Shown here: positions 22,271-30,789 of the stretch, piece by piece
Layout: every line of letters begins with the position of its first letter
How positions within the stretch are numbered: the stretch's first letter is position 1
Assembly (NCBI GenBank): GCA_027064305.1
Contig: JAMOPY010000021.1
Location: 1 to 48,182, forward strand
Reading direction: 5' to 3'
Length of the DNA: 48,182 nucleotides
Origin: Methanobacteriota archaeon
GTDB lineage: Archaea > JAADCQ01 > Methanopyri > Methanopyrales > Methanopyraceae
Translations under genes and position numbers: made by a program
The notes under the pieces: generated by a model
Databases searched by the model: none
What the model was told of the DNA's origin: nothing
What the model saw: only the letters and a program-made list of their open reading frames with translations

Positions 22271-22891
22271 TCACGCTTTTTCCAGGAAGTAAGCGTGGAG
22301 CCGGGGGTCGTCCGTCAGCTCCGGGTGGAACGCGGTGGCCAGCAGGTGGTCCTGCTCCACGGCCACGGCGTGATCACCGTACTCGGCCAGCACCCGCACG
22401 TCGTCGGAGAGGATCTCGTCCACCGCGGGAGCCCGGATGAAGACGGCCCGGAACTCCCCTCCCTCCAGCCCCTCGATCTCGAGGTCCACCTCGAAGGACT
22501 CGCGCTGCCGCCCGAACGCGTTCCGCACCACCCGGACGTCCATGAGGCCCAGCAGGGGCTGCTCGACGTCCACCTCGGTCCCCGGGTGCGCCTGCGGCAC
22601 GACCTCCCGCGCCATCAGCACCATGCCGGCGCAGGTGCCCAGGAACGGGACCTCGGACTCCGACAGCTCCAGCAGCGGCTTGACGAGCCCGTGGCGCTCC
22701 AGCAGCCTCCCGATGGTGGTGCTCTCCCCGCCCGGCAGCACGACCGCGTCCACGCCCTCCAGGTCCTCGGGGTACCGCGCCCAGACCACCTTCACGTCCT
22801 CGCCCAGCTCCTCCCCGGCGCGCTTCAGCGCCCACTCGTGCTCCTCCACGTCGCCCTGAACGGCCACCACGGCGACCCTCACGACGACCAT
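22271..22891 (-). CDS. pdxT: PLP synthase glutaminase subunit
   Basis: QGDVEEH, PGGESTT, GTCAG, RNAFGRQRESF, FIRAP, FHPEL. Confidence 0.96.
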   Translation of the reverse strand: MVVVRVAVVAVQGDVEEHEWALKRAGEELGEDVKVVWARYPEDLEGVDAVVLPGGESTTIGRLLERHGLVKPLLELSESEVPFLGTCAGMVLMAREVVPQAHPGTEVDVEQPLLGLMDVRVVRNAFGRQRESFEVDLEIEGLEGGEFRAVFIRAPAVDEILSDDVRVLAEYGDHAVAVEQDHLLATAFHPELTDDPRLHAYFLEKA

Positions 22892-22895
22892 CCCC

Positions 22896-23843
22896 CTAGA
22901 TCACGCTCAGACCCTCCTCGGTCCGACGGTAGTACCGCGAGCCGCGGGCGCGGAGCGGGCCCGTCACGGCCTCGTCGCTCAGCCGGCCGCTCCGCACCAC
23001 CACGTCGCGACCGTACCGTTTGGGGCAGTCCAGGATGCACGCGACGAGCCTCTCGTGCCCCTCCAGCAGCAGTTCTCGCACGCGGTCCACCACGCGCTCC
23101 GGGGGGCGGCGCGAGGAGGCCGCCACCCCGTAGAATTTCACGTTTTCCACCTCGAACTCGCCCCAGTCCACCTCACCCCGGAACCTCCCCAGCAGCCGCA
23201 GGAGTCGCTCCAGCAGGTCCCGATCCCACGTGATCACGCTGAGGTTGACCCCGACCGAGTCCACGAGTCCCACGGTCTCCCACCCGCTGTCCTCGCCCCG
23301 GGTGACCGCCCGGACCTGAGCGACCGTCTCCTCACCTCCCACGAACGCGTTCCCGCTAACCCTCACCACCTCACCGGCGTACTCCGCGGGCCGACCCATC
23401 ACCACGGTGTAGTCCTCCACGTCCTCCTCCACCACCGAGCCGGCCCCCACGACCACGCCCTCACCCACGCGCACGCCCCCGTGAATCACCGACCGCATGC
23501 CGATGAAGCAGTCGTAACCCAACACCGCCCGCTCCCCGCCGAACACGCCCACCAGCGAGCCGTCCCCGATGAACGCGTCATTCCCCACCTCGGCCCGCAC
23601 CACGGAGAACGGGGACACGCTGGCGCGCTCCCCCACGTCCGAGTCGAACACCCGACAGAACCCGTAGATGGCCGCCTTCCGACGGATCACCACGCCCGGC
23701 CCGATCTCCGCGTGCGCGCCGATCTCCGCGGTCACGTCGGCCAGGTTGTCACCGATGATCCGGACCCCCTCGTCCAGCACGGCCGGGTGACGGTACTTGT
23801 CGTCCTCCCGCAGCGGGCGCAGCCGCTCCTCCTTACCCCTCAT
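22896..23843 (-). CDS. Left-handed beta-helix (hexapeptide repeat) protein with extra C-terminal domain
   Basis: Repeated [IV]G..A.IG hexapeptides, VGAGSVV..DV...VVMGRPA. Confidence 0.8.
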   Translation of the reverse strand: MRGKEERLRPLREDDKYRHPAVLDEGVRIIGDNLADVTAEIGAHAEIGPGVVIRRKAAIYGFCRVFDSDVGERASVSPFSVVRAEVGNDAFIGDGSLVGVFGGERAVLGYDCFIGMRSVIHGGVRVGEGVVVGAGSVVEEDVEDYTVVMGRPAEYAGEVVRVSGNAFVGGEETVAQVRAVTRGEDSGWETVGLVDSVGVNLSVITWDRDLLERLLRLLGRFRGEVDWGEFEVENVKFYGVAASSRRPPERVVDRVRELLLEGHERLVACILDCPKRYGRDVVVRSGRLSDEAVTGPLRARGSRYYRRTEEGLSVI

Positions 23844-24426
23844 CCTCGCCCCCCTCCCGGTACGGCAGGTACCGCTCGATCACGCGCTGCGCCTCCTCGT
23901 CCGCGAGCCAGTCCACCTCGTCCCCCTCCCGGGACTCCACCGCCTTCAACACCCGCTCCGCCGCCTCCTCCGGGCTCAGGCCCGTCACGTCCAGCTGTAT
24001 CACGTCCCTCGGGGGCCTCGCCGGAAACCCGCCGGACCTGACCTCCACCGCCTCCCCGTAGCAGACCCCCACGAACTCCGCCTCCAGGTTCTCCGAGATC
24101 TTACGCGGGGAGTACCCTTTCTCCCGCAGCCGCCGCTCCAGCTCCCTCGGATGCAACCGCAGCACGACGACCAGGTCCACCGGCATGAGGTGCGCGTAGT
24201 GCGACTCCACGAACGCCGGATCGGACCCCGGCTCCCACTCCCGCACGTACCGCTCCAGCGCGTGCACGTCCACCACGCGCGCCTGCCGCTCCTCATCCTC
24301 CTCCAGCAGCGCACCGAGCTCGCGGGCCACCCGGTTCAGGTGCAGCACGTCGTATCCCTTCCGCCGCAGCACCCGGCCCACGGTCGTCTTCCCGACGCCC
24401 GGCGTTCCCGTGATCGCCACCTTCAC
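23833..24426 (-). CDS. Adenylate kinase 6 / Fap7 family nucleotide kinase
   Basis: [30 protein letters not shown]...KI.EN.EAE. Confidence 0.9.
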   Translation of the reverse strand: MKVAITGTPGVGKTTVGRVLRRKGYDVLHLNRVARELGALLEEDEERQARVVDVHALERYVREWEPGSDPAFVESHYAHLMPVDLVVVLRLHPRELERRLREKGYSPRKISENLEAEFVGVCYGEAVEVRSGGFPARPPRDVIQLDVTGLSPEEAAERVLKAVESREGDEVDWLADEEAQRVIERYLPYREGGEDEG

Positions 24427-24439
24427 CGGCACCACCCGC

Positions 24440-25402
24440 CTATCGGTATACCTCCACGCGGAACCCCTCATCCCGGAAGATCCGCTCCGCCCGCGCGAGC
24501 TCCCCCGCACCGACCGCCTCCGCGCGGCCCCGGGCGGGCGGACGCGAGACCGTGTTCAGCTGCACCTCCCGGACGCCGATCCCCGACAGTAACCCCGCCA
24601 GCTCCCGCACGTGCCCCGCCTCCGCGTTGGTAACCCGGCCCACCCGGCACAGCAGCACCTCCACCGTCACGTCCTCCGAGACGCGCTCCAGCTGCCGCAC
24701 CAGGTGATCCAGGGACAGGTCGGGATGCGGGCGGTTGATCCGCCGGTACAGGCCCTCCCGGGCGCAGTCCAGGCTCGCGATGATTCGATCCACCTCCGGC
24801 GGGCACTCGGAGACCCAGGTCGAGTTGGTCAGCAGGACCAGCTCGGCGCCGGCCCGCTCGACCAACGGGGTGATCTCCTCCACCACCTCGCCCAGGTTGG
24901 CGCACAGGGTCGGCTCCCCCACCCCGGCCAGGGTCACGGCGTCCGGCCGGCACTCACTCAGGGCGGCCCGAAGCTCCCTCGCGAGCGGGACCGGATCGAC
25001 CTCGAAGCGCTCGCGCGGGGACGCGCGCCTGGGCACCCCCACGCTGCAGTACTCGCAGTCCTGCGTGCAGACCCCTCGGGGCAGGTCGATCCCCAGGGAC
25101 CTACCCAGGCGGCGCGAGGGCACGGGCCCGTACACGAGCGGGCGCCGGGGACCGCTCTCCAGGGACTCGACCTCCACCTCCACGCCCAGCTTGCGGGCGA
25201 GCTTCACCAGGGTGCGGGCGGCGGAGTCCTCCCCCCGCCCCGTGATCCTCAGCTCGCCCGAGTCTCGGATCTCCACCTGCTGACCCGCCGGGGAGACCGC
25301 GATCACCCGGCCCCCCTCGTCCCGTACCCGCCAGCCGAGCCGGCGCAGACCGGCCGCGAGCCGCTCCGGGTCCCGGGTTCGCCCCGTGAGCACGGCCCTC
25401 AC
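24440..25402 (-). CDS. Radical SAM Fe-S oxidoreductase with ~85-aa N-terminal extension
   Basis: [45 protein letters not shown]. Confidence 0.88.
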   Translation of the reverse strand: MRAVLTGRTRDPERLAAGLRRLGWRVRDEGGRVIAVSPAGQQVEIRDSGELRITGRGEDSAARTLVKLARKLGVEVEVESLESGPRRPLVYGPVPSRRLGRSLGIDLPRGVCTQDCEYCSVGVPRRASPRERFEVDPVPLARELRAALSECRPDAVTLAGVGEPTLCANLGEVVEEITPLVERAGAELVLLTNSTWVSECPPEVDRIIASLDCAREGLYRRINRPHPDLSLDHLVRQLERVSEDVTVEVLLCRVGRVTNAEAGHVRELAGLLSGIGVREVQLNTVSRPPARGRAEAVGAGELARAERIFRDEGFRVEVYR

Positions 25403-26100
25403 TCCCGCAGCAGCTCGATCAGGTCCTCCACCTCGTCCGAGCGCAGGAACTCAAACGCGTCCGGAAGCTCCCGGCCCAGCTCCCGGTACGCCCGGGCGAA
25501 ATCCTCGTTCCGAACGACGTCCTCCAGCACGATCACGCGGCGGAGGTCGGGGGAGTGCCGGCGCAGCGTGTACTTAAACCGCTCCCGAGGACGGCCCCGC
25601 AGCCGACGTACCGGGTTGTGGGCGATAACGAGGTAGTCCGGGTCCATGTGCGTGAAGATCGAGGACATCTGAGCCCGGATCCCGAAGTCGATCCCGGCCT
25701 CCATGCCGCACCGGAGGTTGAAGTACAGGTCGTCGACGGGCGTACCCACGGCGACGAACCGACGCTCCCCGCGCAGCACCCGGACGACGCGCTCCAGGCA
25801 CCCGGCCGCCCGGTACAGGACGTGGTGGTTACGGCGGTCGGTGAGGAAGCACACGGCCACGGCCACCTCGGGCAGCCCGCTCGTCAGGTTGCCCTCCCGG
25901 CGGCAGCGGTCGCAGTACGGCCCGGTTCCGTCCACGTAGGGACCCTCCTCCAGCGCCTCTCCCCTAAGATCGTTGCACCGAACGCAGTTGCAGCGCGAGA
26001 GCGGAATTCTAATCAACCGCCCGCAGCCGGCGCACCTCCGGATCTTGAAGGAGCCCAGATCCCGGGGATCCGGCGGGTTCCTGGCGGTCACCAGGGACAA
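25399..26100 (-). CDS. Cys-rich hypothetical protein (putative metal-binding)
   Basis: CAGC, CNCVRC, CDRC motifs; TTG 26100 preceded by GGGGTGAGG; stop overlaps next start. Confidence 0.65.
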   Translation of the reverse strand: MSLVTARNPPDPRDLGSFKIRRCAGCGRLIRIPLSRCNCVRCNDLRGEALEEGPYVDGTGPYCDRCRREGNLTSGLPEVAVAVCFLTDRRNHHVLYRAAGCLERVVRVLRGERRFVAVGTPVDDLYFNLRCGMEAGIDFGIRAQMSSIFTHMDPDYLVIAHNPVRRLRGRPRERFKYTLRRHSPDLRRVIVLEDVVRNEDFARAYRELGRELPDAFEFLRSDEVEDLIELLRE

Positions 26101-26178
26101 CCCCTCACCCCCGTATTGGAGCGGTCTCGGAGCCCTAAAGCGCCGGAACCCGGGTCGATTCCGGTCCCGGGGGTAATC

Positions 26179-26195
26179 GTTACGGGATCCGTAAC
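26179..26195. promoter_or_regulatory. Perfect inverted repeat, operator-like
   Basis: GTTACGG-GAT-CCGTAAC about 80 bp upstream of the 26100 start. Confidence 0.45.
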
Positions 26196-26674
26196 TAACC
26201 GGGGCACCCGAACATCCCATGGTACCGGGCGAACGAGTGCGGGGCCGACCGCCCGGCCCGAGGAGGCGCCGACGCTGAGGTCGGCGGCGCTGCCACCCTT
26301 CCGGGTTTTACGGCGATCATGGAGCACGGGACGCTTCACTCGAGGGTGGAAGGTTAGGTTAGACGAAATACTTGCCGGACCGGTTCGAATCCGTGAGGTG
26401 GCGGCACGTCGTGAAGCGCGGGTTGAACGCGTCGACGAAGACCCTGATGATCGAGACGGATGAGGCGGCGAAGAGTCCACCTACGACGGTTCGGTCGGTG
26501 CTGGAGCCGATGTTTAGGAGCGCGAAATAGGGGCTCGTATCCGGGAAGGGAGGGTTGCCGTGATCCAGGTGCGACTGAAACCCGGGGATCTAAAGGCTCA
26601 GGGACGGAAGATCCTGCGAATGGTTCGACGCGAGTACACGCTGACGGGGTGAGAGCGGGGTCGCGGGTCTCCCG

Positions 26675-27128
26675 GTGGCCTTCGCGGAGATGCGCGAGCG
26701 AATCAACCGGGACATGCGGTCCACCGTCGCGTCGGCGATCGGAGTAGTAACGGTACCGACGATAGCGCTCCGAAGCCCGGTACCTCCGGACCCTCCGGGA
26801 GGGTACTGCGGGTCGTGCCGTTGTCCCTGGCCATGCAGACGGCGACGCGTATCCCGCTGGGTGCCGGGATGGATTACCGCGTGTTCCTGACCTCGCGCCG
26901 CCGGGAGGAGCTGAGGCTGAACCTTCGGTTCGTGGAGGGGGTGGATCCGCACGATGGAGCGGGCGGGACCGGGCGTGTTCAGCGGGCTGGCCTCAGCGAT
27001 CGGTTACTGCCGCCCTGCGGCGCCGGGATCGTGCTGAACGCGGGACTCTACCAGGGAGGGTGCTCTCAACGCTGAGCGCTGGTGCTCGAGGATTACGACG
27101 TGCTGATCTGCCGCCTGCTCGATAGGTA
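26675..27128 (+). pseudogene. Possible decayed gene fragments
   Basis: Short protein-like stretches in shifting frames (26675-26890, 26815-27075) within the only ~1 kb gap lacking a convincing ORF. Confidence 0.3.
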
Positions 27129-27490
27129 GGTAGCACCGTGGACACCGGGGCTCGGCAACGGCGGTCCCGATCATCGTCGCTCACCCTATCTACCGGTCCT
27201 CATCGCCCCGCTAGGGCTCGAACCGGGCGGCGCCCTCCAGCGCCGCCATGACGTTCAGCGCGGTGAGATCCTCCCAGGGCCGGCCGATCACCTGAACCCC
27301 GCAGGGGACCTCGTCGCCGTCCACGCGGATCGAGTCGAACGGGACGGTGCCCGCCGGGCACCCGGCCAGGTTCGGGATGACCGTGAGCACGTCGTACTCG
27401 TACATCTCTCGCACGGACAGCTTCTCGCCCAGGCGGTGCGGCGGCTTGGGGACCGTCGGGCCGATCAGCACGTCGTAATCCTCAAGCACC
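27081..27490. repeat. 28-nt inverted repeat (arms 27081-27108 and 27463-27490)
   Basis: GGTGCTCGAGGATTACGACGTGCTGATC vs reverse complement GGTGCTTGAGGATTACGACGTGCTGATC, 27/28 identical; right arm lies inside gatA. Confidence 0.9.
27146..27210 (-). ncRNA. Box C/D sRNA candidate 3, immediately after gatA stop
   Basis: Minus strand CGGG-GCGATGA-GGACCGGTAGATAGG-GTGA-GCG-ACGATGA-TCGGGACCGCCGTTG-CCGA-G-CCCCG; terminal CGGGG/CCCCG stem; first guide complementary to CCUAUCUACCGG. Confidence 0.8.
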
Positions 27491-28578
27491 TCCAGCAGCT
27501 TCGATCGGATCCAGGTTCGGGCGCGCAGGGCCCGCTCGTAGTACTTGCCGCGCGCCTCCTGCCGGCTGATCGCCGCTCCGGCGACGATCCGCCGCAGCAC
27601 CTCGCGGCCGCACGCGTGCTCGATCCGACGACCGTACCGGCGCCCGTCGAAGCGGCGCGTCGCTGAGAAGAACTCGACGTAGTTGATGATGTAGTACGTC
27701 GGAAGGGCGAGGTCGACCAGCCGGCGCCCCACGCTGACGACCTCGACCTCGGCGCCACTCCGCTCCAGCGCCCGGGCCGCCTCCCGCGCCACCTCGGCGA
27801 TCTCCGGCTCGGACACCTCCAGAAACTCCCTCACCAGCCCCACCTTCAGGTGCTTCACCTCGTCGGGGTCGAGCAGCTCCGAGTAGCGGGGGACTTCCGA
27901 GCGCCGCACCGTACCCTCCGCCTCCGGCGACGGCCCGGCGATCACCTCCAGCACGAGGGCCGCGTCGCGCACCGTCCGGGTGAGGGGGCCGATCTGATCG
28001 AAGCTCATCGCCAGGTCGATCAGCCCCTGCCTGGGCACGAGCCCGTACGTGGGCTTGAACCCGACGACCCCGCAGTGCGAGGCGGGGTTCCGGATCGAGC
28101 CGCCCGTGTCCGTGCCCAGGGCCGCGTCGCAGAACCCGGCCGCGACCGCCGCCGCGCTCCCGGAGCTCGAGCCGCCCGGGATCCGACCCGGGCACCGGGG
28201 GTTGTCCGTGGGCCCATGGCACGAGGTCTCGCCCGAGGAGCCCGCCGCGAACTCGTCCATGTTCGTTAGGCCCAGGATCGCCGCGCCCTCGCGCCGGAGC
28301 CGCTTGACCACGGTCGCGTCGTACGGGGCCCGATACCCTTTTAATGTGCGTGAAGCGCAGTCGCAGGGCATCCCCTCCACGTTGATGTTCGCCTTCACCA
28401 GGATCGCCGCGCCCGCCAGCCTCCCCTCGTCCGACACCTCCTCGGGGGCGTCCTTGTTCACGTACGTGACCGCGTTGAGGTCCCGGTCCCGCTCCTCGAT
28501 CTCCTCCAGGTACTTACGCGCCCGCTCGCCCGGATCCTCCCGACCCGACGACACCCTCTTTACCGCCTCCACCAGCAT
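27211..28578 (-). CDS. gatA: Asp/Glu-tRNA amidotransferase subunit A
   Basis: TNMDEFA.GSSGE, PGGSSSGSAAAVA, GTDTGGSIRNPA, RFDGRRYG, REVLRRI. Confidence 0.93.
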   Translation of the reverse strand: MLVEAVKRVSSGREDPGERARKYLEEIEERDRDLNAVTYVNKDAPEEVSDEGRLAGAAILVKANINVEGMPCDCASRTLKGYRAPYDATVVKRLRREGAAILGLTNMDEFAAGSSGETSCHGPTDNPRCPGRIPGGSSSGSAAAVAAGFCDAALGTDTGGSIRNPASHCGVVGFKPTYGLVPRQGLIDLAMSFDQIGPLTRTVRDAALVLEVIAGPSPEAEGTVRRSEVPRYSELLDPDEVKHLKVGLVREFLEVSEPEIAEVAREAARALERSGAEVEVVSVGRRLVDLALPTYYIINYVEFFSATRRFDGRRYGRRIEHACGREVLRRIVAGAAISRQEARGKYYERALRARTWIRSKLLEVLEDYDVLIGPTVPKPPHRLGEKLSVREMYEYDVLTVIPNLAGCPAGTVPFDSIRVDGDEVPCGVQVIGRPWEDLTALNVMAALEGAARFEP

Positions 28579-28605
28579 CGTCGACCGCCCCGGGGTGACG
28601 GACTG

Positions 28606-30789
28606 GTGCCGGTCCCGCTCCTGCTCACGGTCATATCGTTAACCGTCGCGGCGCCCGCGGGCGCGCTCCCGCCGATCCTCCTGGACACCAACTGCTTCGT
28701 GTACATGGACGCACCGGAGCCCGACGATCAGGACATAGGGGTCAAGCCCCCGTACATCGGTCCCGGCTCAAAGACCACGCTGCGGCCCACCGGGACCCTG
28801 GGCGGCCCCCAGGCCCCGCAGGCCCAACGGCAGGGCGGGCAGCAGCAGGCGCAGCAGACCGGGCAGCAGGGACAGCAGCAGGGTCAGCAGGGCGGCCAGG
28901 CCCAGGCCGCCCCGAGCGCGACGATCGTGCAGCCACCCTCCGGGGCCGAGGACTGGATCAAGCCCCGCTCGGACTCCGAAGGGGTCAAGTATCGGCTGGA
29001 CGACGTGTACAGCGCGTACCCGAGGTCGCTGTACTGGTTGCCGTACTTCTCCCTCCTCTCGTATCTGGACGCGCGCGGTCGCCTCTACGTGATCCCGGCC
29101 GCGGCCGACTCGGTCCTGAGGTACAGCGTACTCAAGGCTATCCAGCGCCGGGCGCCCGGCATCCTGGTCATGAGGCTCCAGCTGACCGACCCCAGCAGGA
29201 TGCCAAGCGTCGTCGACTTCGCCTCAAAGCTGGGCTACACGCACCTGATCACGGTGATCGCGGAGTTCGACCCGCTCGCCCTGTCGTCCGCCCTGGCCCT
29301 GAAGTGGCGACTGGTGGAGGAGTACTGCAGGAAGACCGGGACGGACCCGGTCACCGTCGGTGTGGCGATCGTCGTGGTGGGAACGTCGATGGCCCGGGTC
29401 AAGTTGACGGGCCCCGACGGGAGCGAGATCGGGACCGAGCACGTGACCGTGCTGGCCCCCATCCTCCCCCACGCGGCCGTGATCGACGTGACGGATCTGG
29501 ACCCCGAACGGTGCCCGCCCCCGCAGTTCCTGGACAACTTCGACCAGCTCCTGGTCGGTGGTGAGGGGATCACCGTGGACGAGATCGTGGTCGTGTACCG
29601 GAGCGACGCGTTCCGGGAGTACCTCGAGCGGTACCTGAAGTGGCTGTCGAGGGCGGAGCCGGCGCTGAAGGGGAAGGACGTCCGATACGTGAGGGCCCTG
29701 CCCGACCTCTTGAGGGACTCGTTCGCGGCCGTCCTCAGCCCGCCGGGCACCCCGGGTCAGCGGGGACAGGGGGCCCAGGGCGGCGGTGAGGCCGTCCAGC
29801 ACTTCTACCCGTGGCCGGCCGCCGTGTACCTGGCCGCGGTTTACGGGATCCCCATCGTCTGGATGACGAGGGACGTGCAGGCCGAGGGGACCCGGTGGGA
29901 GGGGTTTCTCTTCGTCTGGGGGCCGAAGCCCCAGAACGGCAGGTACTGGGACTTCACCACAGAGTTCACTCAGGTCGTTCCCGGGCTCCTTCAGCCCGGT
30001 TCCCGCGGAGCCCAAGGTCAGGGCGTCGCCACGCCGCCGACCACGCTGATCTCCTACGCGACGCTGGTCGACGGGAGGGGCAACTCCGTGCAGGTGGGGG
30101 CCCCGGTGTACCTGTTCTCGCTCCCCTGCCTCGCGGCCTACCCGTGGGACCTCGTCGCGGTTGACCTTAACACCTCGACGCTGGCGTTCGCGCGGCTGGG
30201 AGTGCTCGCCACCCGTTTCCACGTGTTCGTCCACAAGACGTACGAGGAAGTAATCGCGCTGTGCGGTCCCTACCTGGTCATCGCCGAGTGCGAGCCGGCC
30301 GGGACGAGGATCATGGAGGCTTGGAAATCCCTCCTCATCCGGCTTCTGGACCGAGCGGAGCGGGATGTTGGGTTCCGTCGCCTGCTCAGGGACGTGGGGG
30401 CCGTGGGGCCGGGGTTGAACCTCGCGATGGCGCTGATCAAGGGACATTATCTGGGGGACGTACGTCGGGTCATCGAGGCCGCGACCGGTGGTGAGAGGCA
30501 CTTCCGGTACGGTAACTTCTTCGGCCTGGCGCTGTCCGGTGGCGAGACGAGGATCGAGCCGCTGACGGTCGAGTTCGACGGTCTGGACGAGCACTTCCGG
30601 GTGCTGATCGGTCGTGGTGACCCGCCCAGGGTCACCGGGCCGTGCCTGCAGGCCCAGGTGTGCGACGTTTACGCGGTCCTGGGGTGGTGGCACTCCCGAT
30701 CCCGCAGGTCCTCGACGGGGGTCGGGTTGTGGTGGGCGTGCGCGCTGGCGTGGTGCTGCTGGCGCTGGTGGTCGCGGCGGCGCCGGTGA
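28606..30789 (+). CDS. Large secreted protein with Gln/Gly-rich linkers
   Basis: 727-aa ORF, signal peptide-like N-terminus (PLLLTVISLTVAAPAGA), GGGGTGA upstream, Q-rich tract, hydrophobic plus RRRR tail. Confidence 0.75.
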   Translation: MPVPLLLTVISLTVAAPAGALPPILLDTNCFVYMDAPEPDDQDIGVKPPYIGPGSKTTLRPTGTLGGPQAPQAQRQGGQQQAQQTGQQGQQQGQQGGQAQAAPSATIVQPPSGAEDWIKPRSDSEGVKYRLDDVYSAYPRSLYWLPYFSLLSYLDARGRLYVIPAAADSVLRYSVLKAIQRRAPGILVMRLQLTDPSRMPSVVDFASKLGYTHLITVIAEFDPLALSSALALKWRLVEEYCRKTGTDPVTVGVAIVVVGTSMARVKLTGPDGSEIGTEHVTVLAPILPHAAVIDVTDLDPERCPPPQFLDNFDQLLVGGEGITVDEIVVVYRSDAFREYLERYLKWLSRAEPALKGKDVRYVRALPDLLRDSFAAVLSPPGTPGQRGQGAQGGGEAVQHFYPWPAAVYLAAVYGIPIVWMTRDVQAEGTRWEGFLFVWGPKPQNGRYWDFTTEFTQVVPGLLQPGSRGAQGQGVATPPTTLISYATLVDGRGNSVQVGAPVYLFSLPCLAAYPWDLVAVDLNTSTLAFARLGVLATRFHVFVHKTYEEVIALCGPYLVIAECEPAGTRIMEAWKSLLIRLLDRAERDVGFRRLLRDVGAVGPGLNLAMALIKGHYLGDVRRVIEAATGGERHFRYGNFFGLALSGGETRIEPLTVEFDGLDEHFRVLIGRGDPPRVTGPCLQAQVCDVYAVLGWWHSRSRRSSTGVGLWWACALAWCCWRWWSRRRR
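28811..28907 (+). repeat. CAG-rich low-complexity coding repeat (poly-Gln/Gly)
   Basis: Encodes QAPQAQRQGGQQQAQQTGQQGQQQGQQGGQAQA. Confidence 0.75.

Noticed and set aside
19955-22274. queC near a class II amidotransferase as a split GAT-QueC archaeosine pathway
   Set aside because: The amidotransferase is coupled to a GXGXG-domain gene, fitting split glutamate synthase, and an ArcS-like gene is present
26376-26400. GGTTCGAATCC T-loop-like motif suggesting a tRNA or att site
   Set aside because: Only 3 bp of T-stem pair; no acceptor, D or anticodon arms; no integrase nearby
26443-26480. CTGATGA suggesting a hammerhead ribozyme or C box
   Set aside because: No stem II closed by GAAA; spacers to D-like boxes are too short for guides
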